From Geosiphon pyriformis uo1 (lineage: Eukaryota; Fungi; Glomeromycota): a DNA stretch of 64,000 nucleotides. The notes below the pieces were generated by a model. The model was not told the origin of the DNA and did no database searches. It saw only the letters and a list, made by a program, of their open reading frames with translations. Where the stretch lies: assembly GCA_016748015.1 (NCBI GenBank), contig JAAOMT010000294.1:102541-166540 (forward strand). The letters run 5' to 3'. The position numbers and the translations under genes are program-made. Every line of letters begins with the position of its first letter. Positions within the stretch are counted from its first letter, which is position 1. Of the stretch, positions 51,301 to 63,800 are shown piece after piece.

Positions 51301-54057
51301 CACAGTCATAGACGAGAGTTTCTTCTTGCAAACCAAGCATTCTAGCTTTGGTCTGTGTCGCTGGTGGTTTCTTTGTGAACTTATCTGGTTCTATTTGGAT
51401 CTTTCTTTGCTGGTCCATGTTGGTACGGCTGGTAGTCCTGTTCTTTGGTCATCAGCCCAAGAGAGCTGATAGGTTTCGATGACTGGTAGTGCTGGATTTT
51501 CCTCAAATTCAAAGGTAGGTCTTTAGTTGGTGCTGGGTTTTTGGAAGTGGCCACAGGTGGCTGGAATTTTGGCCTGGTGGCCATTATAATTGATCAGAAG
51601 CTCTTGGGTGGTCCAGTCTAGAGTGGCGTTGGCTTTTATTAGCCAGTTATTCCCTACTAATGCTTGATATTGTATAGCATCCATTACTAATACTTTTGTA
51701 GATATTACTATGCCATTAATTTCAAAAGGGAATGAGTCGATTTCGTCATGAGGCAGCTTTGTACTTCTATCGGCTGTTATGATTTGGGACGTCACGGCAC
51801 GATCAACTTTGAGACCCAGTTGGTTTACTAGTTGAAGCATTACAATGCTTCCAGCAGATCCACTATCTAAGATAAGTTTGATTGGGGTATTGTTTACAGT
51901 GGCTTCTGTATACATAGCAGTGATTGGGCGTTTTTTGTCCAATGCTGCTCTACTAAACATAGCTTCATTTTCCTCTAATTCAAAAGGAAAAATAGCTGCG
52001 AGGCTGCTATCTTCAGTAGCAACTGCTGGTGGTATTGTCTGGCTCAATTTGGAGGAATTTTTGGTTCTGTTTATGTTTCTACCATCATTGTTTCTGATGA
52101 TCAGGTTTTCCGGTATATTAAGGTAAGTTTGTTGATAATTTTGGTAGTTTGGATTGGTTTGCTGATTGGTTCCAGCGCGGTTTGGATTCCTTTGGACCAA
52201 TGCGTTCTGGTTCTACATGGGCTGATTTCGGGCCTCGGGACGCCAATTCGGGTTGGCTATCATGGGCTGTTGCTGGTAAGCTCTTTGATTTTGATACGTG
52301 GTGGGATATTGGTGTGGTATTGGCGTGTACTGGTTTCTGGGCATTTGGGGTGGCATGTAGTAATTATTTTCGCGTGCTTCCTGCATCATTTGCGTTCGAC
52401 ATTGACTAATCAAATGTTCTACGCGTTTGCAAAAATGGCAGGCGCGTGTTTCTGTTCTGAATTTCTGGCGCACCGAGCAATTATTTCAACTGTCGCTGAC
52501 TTCCTGGCTGCGTCTTTGGGGTGGTTGGTATGTATTTTTTCTCAGATCTGGGATGAGGTAACTTTCTATTTTCTTAGAGAGTTCCTCCCCTAATCGCGTT
52601 ACTCTTTTTTCTAATGTTTCTGTCTTATTTTCCTCCATTACCATGTTAACCATTTGACTATGGTTAGCTTCTTTCTCAGCCAATTCAAGGGCTCTGGTGA
52701 GCGTAATGGCTTCTGGTAAGGAATTAGGGTGGGCAGGGCGTACTCTTCCTAAAATGCTGCTTTTTAATCCTCTAATAAACTGATTTAAAACCTGAAGATC
52801 AGTGTAGTATCCTTGTTCAATCACTTCAATCTGACGGCGAATTCAATTGAATCGAGCAAGGTATTGGGTGACAGTTTCACCGGTATTTTGCTTGATAGTA
52901 TTGAATTCATTCTGTAGTTGGATTACGGCGTTTGGGTCGCTAAAATACTCCAGGAGTGCATTTTTAAATTTGGCAAAGCTCGTGGGTTTTGTTTCCAGGC
53001 TTTGATACCACAAGTCGGCTGTGCCTTTTAGGAAAAAAGGTAATGTTTGAATTGCTCTTTGGTCATTCCAGTTATTTGCCTGGATGGCTTTTTGTGCTTC
53101 TCTGAGCCATGTGTGCACATCTGTTTCTTCTTCCTCTCCTGAGAAATCTGTTAGTCTTGTAATATATGGTGTGGTCATTTCGTTGCCGTTTTCTGCTGGT
53201 GGGTTTATTGGTCTAAGAGGAGGTGAGATGATATTTTCTTGAGTGTTCCTAAAGGTGGCTTCCCTTATATCTGGTTCTTCCTCTTGATCACGAGTTTCTT
53301 GGTTTCTGGACTGGCTGCTTGTTCCAGTGACTGGTCTTGTGATTGTTTTTTCGCTGGTCTCTTTTTCGGATTCCGATTCAGACTCCTCTTCACGGTTTTC
53401 AAACCCCGTTCTAAATTTTGGCTAAAAAAGAGAGTTTTGGAATAGTGATGAATATTCTCTTGTAATTGGTATGTCTCCCCAGTTACGTTGTTTAATTTTA
53501 TCAATATAACTAGGAGTTCTTGGTGTTTGTGAAGTTGATGTTGATAATGATGCAGCTTCTAATGGAATTTGTATCTTATTTTCTAGTGAAAAATGGTATG
53601 ATTTATCTTCTGGTGAATAAATACTTTGTTTCTTTATTGATTGAGTGACAGTTTTCTTTGGCATTTGAGCTGGTGTTCCTAGTTTTTGCTGGTTACTTTC
53701 CTGATTAGTTTCTAAATTTTCTTTGGTTTTGTTGGCGCGTTCCCTAGTGTTTCCTGTGGATATTAGAAAATTTTCGTTGGTGTATTGCTCAATTTCTCGA
53801 TGGATTTTGACAATAGTTGCGGCTATTACTGCTACTTCTTTTGTAGTGTATTGTAATAATTTTCTATACAATCCAAGTTTTGCGTTGTGTAGTTCTTCTT
53901 CCTTTCCTATATGATAATTTATTCTGGCGTTGATATAATAAGTGAGGGCAGATTCTGCTGGACAACACCCTTCTGGTAATCCAAGATCACTCTGATTTTG
54001 TGTGTAAATAGCACAGCAGAATTCAAAAACAATAAGATTAGGGGTTTTTGTCGCCAC
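48362..54057 (-). pseudogene. Gypsy A gag-pol polyprotein: N-terminal extension, gag, CCHC, aspartic protease, Cys-rich domain, dUTPase, RT, RNase H
   Basis: ORF pieces 54057-50602 share one frame; CHFCKRVEHLISQC; ILDSGSAGS; DAGFDL..GGVIDSRYTG; SPWSSPVVLV, RFCIDYRKLN, YLDD, TDASGTGLGAIL, NANADCLSR*. Confidence 0.9.
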
Positions 54058-54120
54058 TTTTGTCTTTTCCTTTTTAGCAATGAATTATTGCTAATTATTA
54101 TTTCCTTTTTGATTTTCTTT

Positions 54121-54137
54121 CCTCGTAGGGTTCACCA
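54121..54137 (-). other. Primer binding site TGGTGAACCCTACGAGG
   Basis: Begins TGG 2 nt inside the 5' LTR; complementary to a tRNA 3' end ...GGGUUCACCA; tRNA identity not determined. Confidence 0.8.
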
Positions 54138-54139
54138 AA

Positions 54140-54843
54140 TGTTATGGGATGGTTTTTTTGTTATATTTAATTGCTGATATCTCGCTTTAATTGCAATTAG
54201 TTTTTCGTGAGTTCCTCAATTCTATTTGTGTGATAATGTCACTGTTACACTGAAGGCTTTCTTTTTACTGTTGCGATATAAGTTATTCTTTAATTCTTGA
54301 TTGTTGTGTGTGTTTATGTACTCCTTCTCAGAGGCTGAACTGAAATTTACTCACTGTCTGGGGTCTTCTCTGAGGCTATCCTTGCAATTGCCTGATGTGT
54401 TTCTCTAATCTAGAAACACAGAATGTTAATGGTTTTTAGCGCTTTTCTAATTTTCACAATAAAGCTTTTATCAATTAGTAACAACGTGAATAATCTTGAT
54501 CAAGGATTATTCTTCCAAGGGATTCAGTTGATGAATGATAGTTTCATTCAATAAATAATACAAGTAAGTTTCTTAATACTTTGGGTTGTAATAGNNNNNN
54601 NNNNNNNNNNNNNNNNNNNNNNNNNNNNNNNNNNTACTTTCTTTTTGATATTTCAACCTGGTGTTTGCTGCTATCACCAGTTGGTGTTGGCTGCTATTGT
54701 GAACTGGTGCTTGCCACTATCGCAAGATGGTGTTTGCTACTATGTTAATCATTACCTTTCTAAGATTATTACTGTGCTATATTATGATTGAATAATTTGT
54801 ATTATTTTTATGATTCTTTTTGCTAAATTCTTAAACCATAACA
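54140..54843 (-). repeat. 5' LTR of gypsy A (contains an N gap)
   Basis: Near-identical to 45369-46237; followed by TSD CTGT. Confidence 0.95.
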
Positions 54844-57063
54844 CTGTCTTGGTTTTCCAGCCTGCTAGTTTTAGCAACAAATCTAATGTCAATTCAGTAG
54901 CCACACAAACTTTTCTGTCTCTTAACTTCATACAAAAAAGAATCATAGAAGATTCTCCACAACAAAGGAAAAAACATCTCACCCTGGTCAAGACCATCAT
55001 AAACCCAGTACCCATCAGTCAGACCAAAATTAATCATAACATGATTAACATGATCATTGTAAATACTGCCAAAAAACCTGATAAAACATTCACACATCTT
55101 AATTTAAACCAAGCTATTTTACAAGTAATGCTAACCCATGGAATTATAGGCTTTATACATATCTTGTAAAACAAGCCAAAACTCATGATCTTTTTCCAAA
55201 GCATCCTCAACTACTGATCCAATAGCAAAAATAGGAGATTAAGTAATAGTGCTTTTTAGTACAGAAAAATTATTACCATAAAGGACATCAAACATACTGT
55301 ATGTCAATAAAATCTTATTAAACAGTATCTTAGAAAGAATTTTATGGACAGTCTCAATCAAAGCAATCAGCTTAGTATTAGTCAAAACACCTTTCCATTC
55401 ATAAAGTTTAGGAATCATAGATACCCAAGCTTCCTTCCAAAGATGAGGTACAGATTTATGTACCAAACAGAGATTCAATAGAATCAAGAGTAAGCCAAGC
55501 ACAGAGCTATTGCAATGTTTCCAAAGTTTATTTGTAATACCAAACAAACTAGCAGTCTTATTATCTGGCAGATTTTTGATCACATGCAACAACTTATCAT
55601 AACCAATGGCATTCATAACTCCAGAAAAAACACCATTGTTAATGTAATCCAATAACAGGTATTGATGCTGCCACAACTCAGGAACATTCTTTAGCACAAC
55701 TTTTTTCCTTGTCCAGCCTTCCATAATTTTGTCAACCTTCCCTTTAATTTTAACTGGGTCCAAAATTAAATTGCCATCAGAGACCAGATGGTTTAATACC
55801 ACCTTGCAAAAAAAGCATTCCAATACATTACAGATTGTGTGGCCTTTGTTGACCACAAAGCTTTTTATTCTTTTCTTAATAGCCAACCTAATGTCTGACT
55901 CTTCAGTCTGCAATGATTTAGCAAGCTTGGAGACATAATAAGATTTTCTTGCATTACAGAAAACAAAATGAACATGATCTAAACTTGCACCAAAGCTTAC
56001 AAGATCTCCAACAATAGAAGCTTTGTCATTATCAAGAGTAATCCAGCACTCCAAAAGAGAGATGAATTGGTCAAGATCCACTTCATGAGAAGTCTTAACA
56101 ATCTTCAAAACCAAAATCTTTAGCCTATAAAACTTTGAAGACTCTTTGGTAAAAACTTTATTGTAACTTTTAAACCATTTTTTTTTAAAAGTTTCATTGG
56201 CCAAAAAAGCCATCACTTTGTGAACAATATCCCACATAATATCCAGATTCAGAAGTCTTTTGGCCAAAACAAACTCATCTGAGAACATAGCAGCATTGGC
56301 CACTGTAGCATTTTTGAACTCACACCATTTTACTTCATTAGCATGCTTGATGTCAAATTTCAACAATTCTTGTTAGTCTGCTTGCACAGTAAGTTTAGCT
56401 GCACATCTAGCAAACCACCCAAACCCACGGAAACATAAACAGCATTATGATCAGTATTAAAATAATCTCCAACATCAGCAACACTACAAACAACCACTGC
56501 ATCAACCAGATTTGAGGAAATAAACAAATAATCAATTGTTTTAGCAACATCCCAAGAATTGTACCAAGTCAGCACTTTTAAAAAAGAGCTTCCACTCAAG
56601 GAATTGACCAAACCCAGATCAAAACACTTTTTAAAACTGGCACATTTGTAAGATCTATCCTCATTGAAATCACCTTCTAGGATGACAAAAGAAGACTCAT
56701 TTACAGCCTTTGCAATCATAGAGTTAATATCACTCACTTAAGAAAAATACATTACCAGAGATGTCTCAGCATAAAGTCTCAGAATTAACACAGAAAGTTT
56801 GTTCTTGAAAAGTAACCTAATAAAAAAAAGCTGGCCAGTATTACAGGTGATTATTTCTGTTGTTGAATTGAATAACAAACCCGTAACTTGGTGCTCAAAA
56901 GCTACTTTTGTGGATGATGTGCAGAAGGTATGGTATCTGAAGATTTTGGTTGATCTAAAGATTTTGTTGTGGAGTTCTTTGTATAATAGACAGAGATTCA
57001 GTGGTGATGATAGTAGTTTTCTTGGAGTCGCAATTATGCCCAATTTCTTTCTCAGCTTGGCAG

Positions 57064-58045
57064 TGTTACCAGACGAAATTAGAGATATCATTTAGCATAA
57101 AACTATCTCATAATTCCTATCATTAATTAGCATATATTATTATTTCAAATTATCACTTATTACATTAGCAAAGAATGTCCGAAATTATTATTTAATTAAT
57201 AACCCAAATTGTACACAACACAAATATAACCTAATTACAATGATCAATCATGCAATACCCCGAACTATGTAACATTCAAAAGTTTGCCGAAATTTATAGA
57301 AATTCGCCAAAATAATTGATAGTTTACCGAAATATCTAATAGTTCGCAGAAATAACTTGTAGTTTGCCAAAATGTATCTTTAGTTCAGCGAAATTGTAGA
57401 AAATAGCAAAGTTCAAGTTCATAGAATAGTGTTACAACAAGTTGTATAAAAGAAGAGCTTCTCTCTTCGAGAAAATGTATCTTACTTTAGATTTATCTCT
57501 CAAAACCATTCTTATACACACAAAAAGAAATAAATATCAAATAATTCGAAAAACCAAATTCTTTAAATTATTACACTTGGAAAAATCCTCAAAACCCAAC
57601 TAATGTTTTGAAATTGATTAGCTACCAATTTCAGTAAATTGTTAGTGACTCCAGGCCTGGATAGAAAACGTTTTCCTTGATAAAATCCTATTTCTTTTAC
57701 ACTTCTTTTATTTTTCTTTTCTTTTCTTATTACAATCATTAGGGTAGTCTACAGACAAGATTCCTGTAGAAGAGTTGACTTTCACAACAAAGTAACTACA
57801 CATTTTTAGTGAGCTTCCAGATGAGCAATTCCTGGGAAAGAGTTGACGTTTACTACAACATAACTACATAAAGCAACTGGCATGGAATTGGCTATTCCAC
57901 TTATAAGCCCAGCAGTTCAAATTATAGGAGATAATTTGAAGATAAATTCAGTTATTGGAGGTTCAACTACTTCCTGAAAATGTGAATTCACAGCAAATAA
58001 GTATCAACAACATTACAGAAAAGAGACCAAAAACCTCCAGTAACA
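57064..58045 (+). mobile_element. Solo LTR family B nested in the 3' LTR of gypsy C
   Basis: TGTTAC...GTAACA, 982 bp, 4-bp TSD GCAG (57060-57063 / 58046-58049), TATA-like gtataaaag at ~57444. Confidence 0.9.
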
Positions 58046-58698
58046 GCAGCCGGATTTATTCTGGCAGTCATGCCCTTCTGGTAAGCTATCTGTTAATATA
58101 TATAATTCTACCCTTATTTTTGGGTCTTTTACCAGACTATCCTTGATGTCAATAACTCAGTACTTAATCTTTTTACTCAATTAGTATACAACAACAAAAT
58201 CAAAGAAAGAAAAGAAAATAAAAAGAAAGAAAGAAAATAAATTTAAAGAAAATAAAGAAAATAAGCCAAGGCAATTCGGTATGTTAGTATCTCGTCAATA
58301 GCTGTGATCAAGAGCTATTGTTCCAGCATGGTTAAGTATCAATTACTATCAACATGAAATGTTGATAGTGGAGAGTGGATTGAGATATGGAATAATTATT
58401 TATTTGATGATTGGTTTCTTGGCTAAGGATTCTGTGGTATCAATTCTGTCTTTTCTGTTTCTAACACTACTGCTATATATACATAATTGGGATTCCTCAA
58501 TTTCTCAATTCTTTATAACAGGAATCCTGGAATTCCTGGAATCCTGCAATTTCTCATTAGGGAATTCTGAAATTTCTGGAATCCTGCAATTCTTGAGAGG
58601 AATCCTGGAATTCCACATTTACTATGCTTACTTCTGATTGGCTAATAATTATGCTAATATATTTCCTATATTTTTATGAGTAACATTATTCCTTTCTT

Positions 58699-59319
58699 TT
58701 AATATTGAGCTTCATCAAAATCTAACTCATGTAATTCCCTCTCTTGAAGTATTTCTTAGATTTCATTTTCGAGAATTACTTGTGTTATTTGGGTCTGTAA
58801 TTCTTCAAATTGAGCATTGGTGATTTTTCCCAATTGATTACTGGTAACCATATCCATTGCTCTGTTGAGCAATATTTTTGGTTTATCCTGAAATGCTGTG
58901 TGTATTCAGTATATGGCTTGGGCTTGTGTGAATAAGTTGTTCTTTCCCACAAAATGTTCTAATTGTTGTAGTATTCTTTTGTCAAATAATCGCTTTGTTT
59001 TATCCATATATAGATTCTGGATATTTACATGTTGTTCCAAGTAAAAATAACAATAGTTTCATGAAAATTGTTGTATCCACCAATTCCAAGTTTCTTTAGT
59101 CAACTCTTGATATAGTGACTTTTTTGTCAATTCTTTTATTGCTAATTTTACTTTTGCCATGATTTTGTTCACAGTATTTTCAGTTTTCCTCTGTGTTCTG
59201 AGTTGAAATGTCTTTTGATATTGAATGGTTTGTTGATTGATTGTAATCTCCATTTCCTGGTGTTGGATTAATTGAAAGAGTTGTTGTGCTAGTGAGTGAA
59301 TGTTGTCTGTAATTTCCAT
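58699..59319 (-). pseudogene. Gypsy C 3' accessory ORF (homologue of 46251-46919)
   Basis: One frame of 207 codons with three internal stops that revert by T>C; NYCYFYLEQHVNIQNLY...RLFDK...LGKITNAQFEELQTQI...LDFDEAQY*. Confidence 0.8.
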
Positions 59320-59379
59320 TTTTTCTGATATTTTCTGTCACGTCTACCATGTTTTTATATATTCTTTTGATGGATCAAT

Positions 59380-60757
59380 TTAATGTGTTGTTGTTGATAA
59401 TAATAATTAGTTTCAGATCTCGTGAAATTTCATCTGGTTGGATTAGTATTCTCTGTACTCCTAATTGTGGAATATTATTGGTAGATGGTAGTGTGATGTT
59501 GTGATATGGTTTCAGTCAATCTTCATGTGCTGCTTTGGTTAAAATTTTGTTATCCAATCTTAATTTTTAAGCTCCATTTCCTAAAATTTCTTCTATGTAA
59601 AATGGTCCGTCTCATTTGGAGTCAAATTTTCCACTCCATTGTTTTTCCGCTTTGGTACAATGTAGTAATACTTTGTCTCTGATCTTGAATTCAACTGGTT
59701 TGTTTGGTAATTAACTATCATGTCTTTTTTTCTGTGTTTTTTGTAACTTTTGGATATTATCAGCTGCTCTTTTTCATTTGTTTTCCAATGTTTCCATTGA
59801 GTCATATGTTCTTCTCAACAATGTTTCTTGAAAATTTTCCTCTGTTATTGGTTCAGCTGGATATGTATTAATTTCTCTCTTTACTGGTAACATTGCTATT
59901 CTCCCATATACTAATTCAAATGGTGTTGCTTGTTTAATATCTTGTTTCATTGTCCAATAAGCAAATAGTACTAATGGTATAAACAAATCCCAATCGTTCT
60001 GGTTTTCTTGGCTGAGCTTGGCTATTGCTTTACACAATGTTCTGTTGAATCTTTTTACTAATCCGTTGGTTTGTGGATGGTATGATGATAATAATGGTCT
60101 CTTAATTCCGAATCTTTGGCTCAATTTTGTTAATGTTCTGTTCACAAAATGAGTTCCTTGGTCTGATAATAATTCTTTTGGACATCCATGTTAACAAATC
60201 AAATCCTGATGAACGAATTTGGCAACGGATTCTGCATCTGCTCTTTGAATTGCTTTCACCTCTGGCCATTTAGTGAGATAGTCCATAGCTACTGCTATGT
60301 ATCTGTTTCCTCTGCTGGTAATTCTTAATGGTTTGATTAAATCAATTCCCATATGGTCAAATGGTTGTCCCACTTTGATTGGTCTTAATAATTCACTGGG
60401 TCTTGTTCCTTCTCTTCGCTGACAAGCATTACAATTTTGAACATATTGAATGATGTCTGGGTATATTGATGGCCAATAGTATCTTTTTCTAGTTCTTTCC
60501 ATGGTTGCTTCTTTGTAAAAATGTCCTGCTGTTGGATTTGAGTGCATGTTGAATAATATTGTCTTTTTTTCTGGCTCCATAATTACTCTAGTTAGTTGAT
60601 CTGGATCCCTTCTATTTTTCCAATAAAGTATATTTTGGTGAGTGATAAAATATTTTGATTGTTGTTTGATACTCCTTCATTCTGTATGAGATAAATTTTC
60701 CTTGAACTGTTGAGTGTTTAAATAATGTTGCAATTGTTGATATTTTTGTATGTTCAT
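59380..60757 (-). pseudogene. Gypsy C integrase
   Basis: MNIQKYQQLQHYL...MHSNPTAGHF...YYWP...CNACQ; GIDLI; SYHPQTNGLVKRFNRT; GPFYIEEILGNG; end approximate. Confidence 0.88.
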
Positions 60758-60820
60758 CTTTTGTTGTATTTTTCTGTTGGTATTGTTCTGGTTTTATTAT
60801 ATTTTTGGGTTGAAATGTTT

Positions 60821-63800
60821 TTAGATTTGTCTTATTCACAATAAACCGTCAGCATTTCCATTGTCTTTTCCTTTTTTGTAATGTATAGTATAATTGTATG
60901 GTGTGAGTGCCATTTTCTATCTTGACTGTCTTCCATCTTCAAATTCTTGTTTTTGGAGTGATGTTAATCCCTTGTGATCTGTGTATACTTCAAACTTCTG
61001 GCTCAAGTATTCTTTCCATTTCATGATGGCCCAGTATATTGCTAAGTGTTCTTGTTCCAGTGTTCCATAGTTCTTTTTGGCTGGTGTTAAACCTCTGCTG
61101 GCATATGCTACTGGATGTTTTCTACCGTCCAGTCCTCTCTGAAATAATACTGCTCCCAATGCTTGGCCAGATGCATTGGTGGTAATGATGAATGGTTTGC
61201 TGTAATCTGGATAGATCAGTACTGGAGCTTGAATAAGCTTTTTCCTCAAAATATCAAAAGCTTCTTGTTGACTTTCTGTCCATTTATATTTCGCATTTTT
61301 GTTTTACAGTTGATTGAGTGGCTGCACTATCTTAGAAAAGTTCTTGATAAAACAATGATAGTAGCTGGTGAATCCCAAGAATGATTTCAGTTCTGTTATA
61401 TTGGTTAGCACTGGAAAGTTCTTTACTATCTCTATTTTCTCTGAATCTGTTTTGATGCCATTTTTGCTGACTATATGTCCCAAGAATTTGAGTTCTGTCT
61501 TGCCAAAGAAGCACTTTGTCACATTTAACTTTAGTCCTGCTCTTCTTAGTCTTTCGAACACTTGTTGAAGATGATAAAGATGATCATTAAATGTCTTTGA
61601 GAATACATTGGTGTTGTCCAAGTATACAACTACTGATTTCTATAATAAGCCAGTATAAATGATTTCTATTAGCTGTTGGAAAGTTGCTGGGACATTGGTT
61701 AAGCCAAATGGCATCACTTCAAATTTGAAATTCCCTTCTCTAGTAGTAAATGCCGTTTTCTCTTTGTCAGCTGGATTCATGGCTACTTGCCAGTAATTAC
61801 TGTCCAAATCTAATGTAGAGAACCATTTGTTCCCACCAAAAGCATCAAATAATTCCTGTATTCATGGAGTTAGATAACTGTTTTCATGAGTTACACCATT
61901 GAGTTTCCTGTAGTCTACACAAAACCGGATTTTTCCATTTTTCTTATGAATAAGTATCACTGGTAACAATCATGGACTCATTGATGATTGAATTAGTCCA
62001 TTGTCAAGCATTCTGTTTATCTCTTGACGAATAATCTTGTGGCTGGCTGGCGGCACTCTGTATGCTTTTTGTTTAATTGGCATTGCATCTCCAGTCTTGA
62101 TCTGATGCTGGATGATGTCAGTTCGGCCAAACTCATTTTCACTGGCAAAGATGTCATTGAAATTGTTGAGTAACATCTTGAGCTGCATACATTGGAGTGG
62201 ATCTAAGTTTTCCATGTTCATTTGTTCCAATTGTTCTGATTGGAGCAAATAACATTTGTCTCATCCATAGATTGTTTGTGATGTGATGTCAACATATCCA
62301 CAAAGTTGTGGAAAGTCTGGAATGGGATTTGGTGGTTGGTCTTCTATTTCTGTGGTTAAATATCCGATGGTGGTTTCTTCTAGTATGTTGATGACATTGC
62401 CAGTGTTATTGTAGATGGGAATTTTTATGCTGCTATAGCTTTTGGCTGGTATGTAGAGATTGATCAACCCAATCTCTCCTGATTCACAAAGGGTTGCTTC
62501 TGCTTCAAAAATTTGTTTTTGCTTCTTTTCCTTTCTTTCTATTGCTAACATATACTGGCTATATGGTGGAATGAAAATAGCTTGACCAGTTGAGATAATT
62601 TTTCCTTGGCCAACAATTTCTTCCTCTGCCATATTAACTGGTATATTTGTTCTACCTGTTGATTCAAATCCTTGTATTTCTCTTGCTGTTATTCCTAATT
62701 TCTCCCTCTTTCCCACTGACACTAACTGAGCTACTCTAATCAGAGGCAGGAATATTGTCTGTGCTATCTTTTTGTTGGGCTCTATTATATAAACTTTTTT
62801 TGAGTCATTTTGTAACATGGTGATAATATTTCTTACATATCCCGTGTCAATTATTTCTCCTCTTATATTGATCACTTTTTTCGCTAAACTACTCCTAGAT
62901 GCTAATTGAACCATTGTTGTTGCCGGAATTTCTAGTGCTATTTTCAAATCAATGCAGATGCGTGAATGCGGTTCCAATTTGATGGCATCTTTTCCTGGAT
63001 ATCTCAGATCAAACTCTGCATCTGTATCATGCACACGTTCTAGCATAATGCCTTCCCCATTGTCACTATACCATTTCAACTCTTGTTTCTTGGAGAGATC
63101 TGGTAGTGCAATGTATTGTTCATAATTTAAATTGGGTTTTGAATCTAAGTCTGAATCATTTTCGTTATTATTGCCATTTTAAATGGAGCTGAAACTGGTG
63201 TTTTTATCATCATTGTCGGAGTCTGGATCACGATTAATCAGCGATTCTGATTCTGATGCACAGCTGCTGATTGGTTCTTCTTCTTCAGGGATCGAGTAGA
63301 TCATGTGTGGTGGTAGATTGTAAATGAAGTCACAATCATCACAATATTCAAAGTCATTGGGAATTAAACAATGGCGACACAGTTTTGTATTTAACTGTGC
63401 TAGCCATTGTTCTTGCTCTTCTCTAGTGAGTGCCAAGTTTTGATAGTGTTCATGGAACTCTTCTGGTTCTAGAAAATTTATAACTGGCTCTGCGTCTCAG
63501 TCAAGCTCGATGGGTTTTGGTGGGTTGTTTTTAATTGTCCAGATTTCTTCTGGTGATGCGCCTTCAATTTTGGCAGTTGCCATTCTCCAAATTTTGTCGT
63601 CATCATGTGGACAACTGTCTAATTATCGCACTGCTCTTTACCAAACAGCTTTGATTGGTGTCCTCTTTTTAACCCAGTCACTGATCAGAATCGTGTATTA
63701 ACACTCTACGTCATATGTTCCTCCACATCCAGGAATGTCATGCCATATTCCTTTGTCCAAGAGAGTCTCTCCACAAGCTAAGCATGGCTGATTGTCCCAT

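Larger units (their letters stand above)
45369..54843 (-). mobile_element. Complete Ty3/gypsy LTR retrotransposon (family A) with dUTPase and extra ORFs
   Basis: Two TG..CA LTRs, 4-bp TSD CTGT, PBS, PPT, gag-PR-(Cys-rich)-dUTPase-RT-RNH, INT, 3' ORF; contains assembly gaps. Confidence 0.95.
42828..56838 (-). mobile_element. LINE split by gypsy A (45369-54843) and interrupted at 56838 by gypsy C
   Basis: Poly(A) and 3' UTR at 42828-42957; RNase H/RT pieces to 45368; RT/APE pieces 54844-56838; removing gypsy A restores in-frame KTSRLENQDSLILFLAAGAFVDN. Confidence 0.92.

Noticed and set aside
54140-54330. Gag frame seeming to start inside the 5' LTR
   Set aside because: Its TAA stops are present in both LTRs, so they pre-date insertion; not supportable as coding
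56738-57095. ORFs spanning LTR C and the LINE
   Set aside because: Junction chimera and shadow ORFs with no independent coding signal
57281-57394. CRISPR-like appearance of short periodic repeats (also 46052-46143)
   Set aside because: Eukaryotic LTR context, degenerate repeats, spacers only about 7 nt, no cas genes
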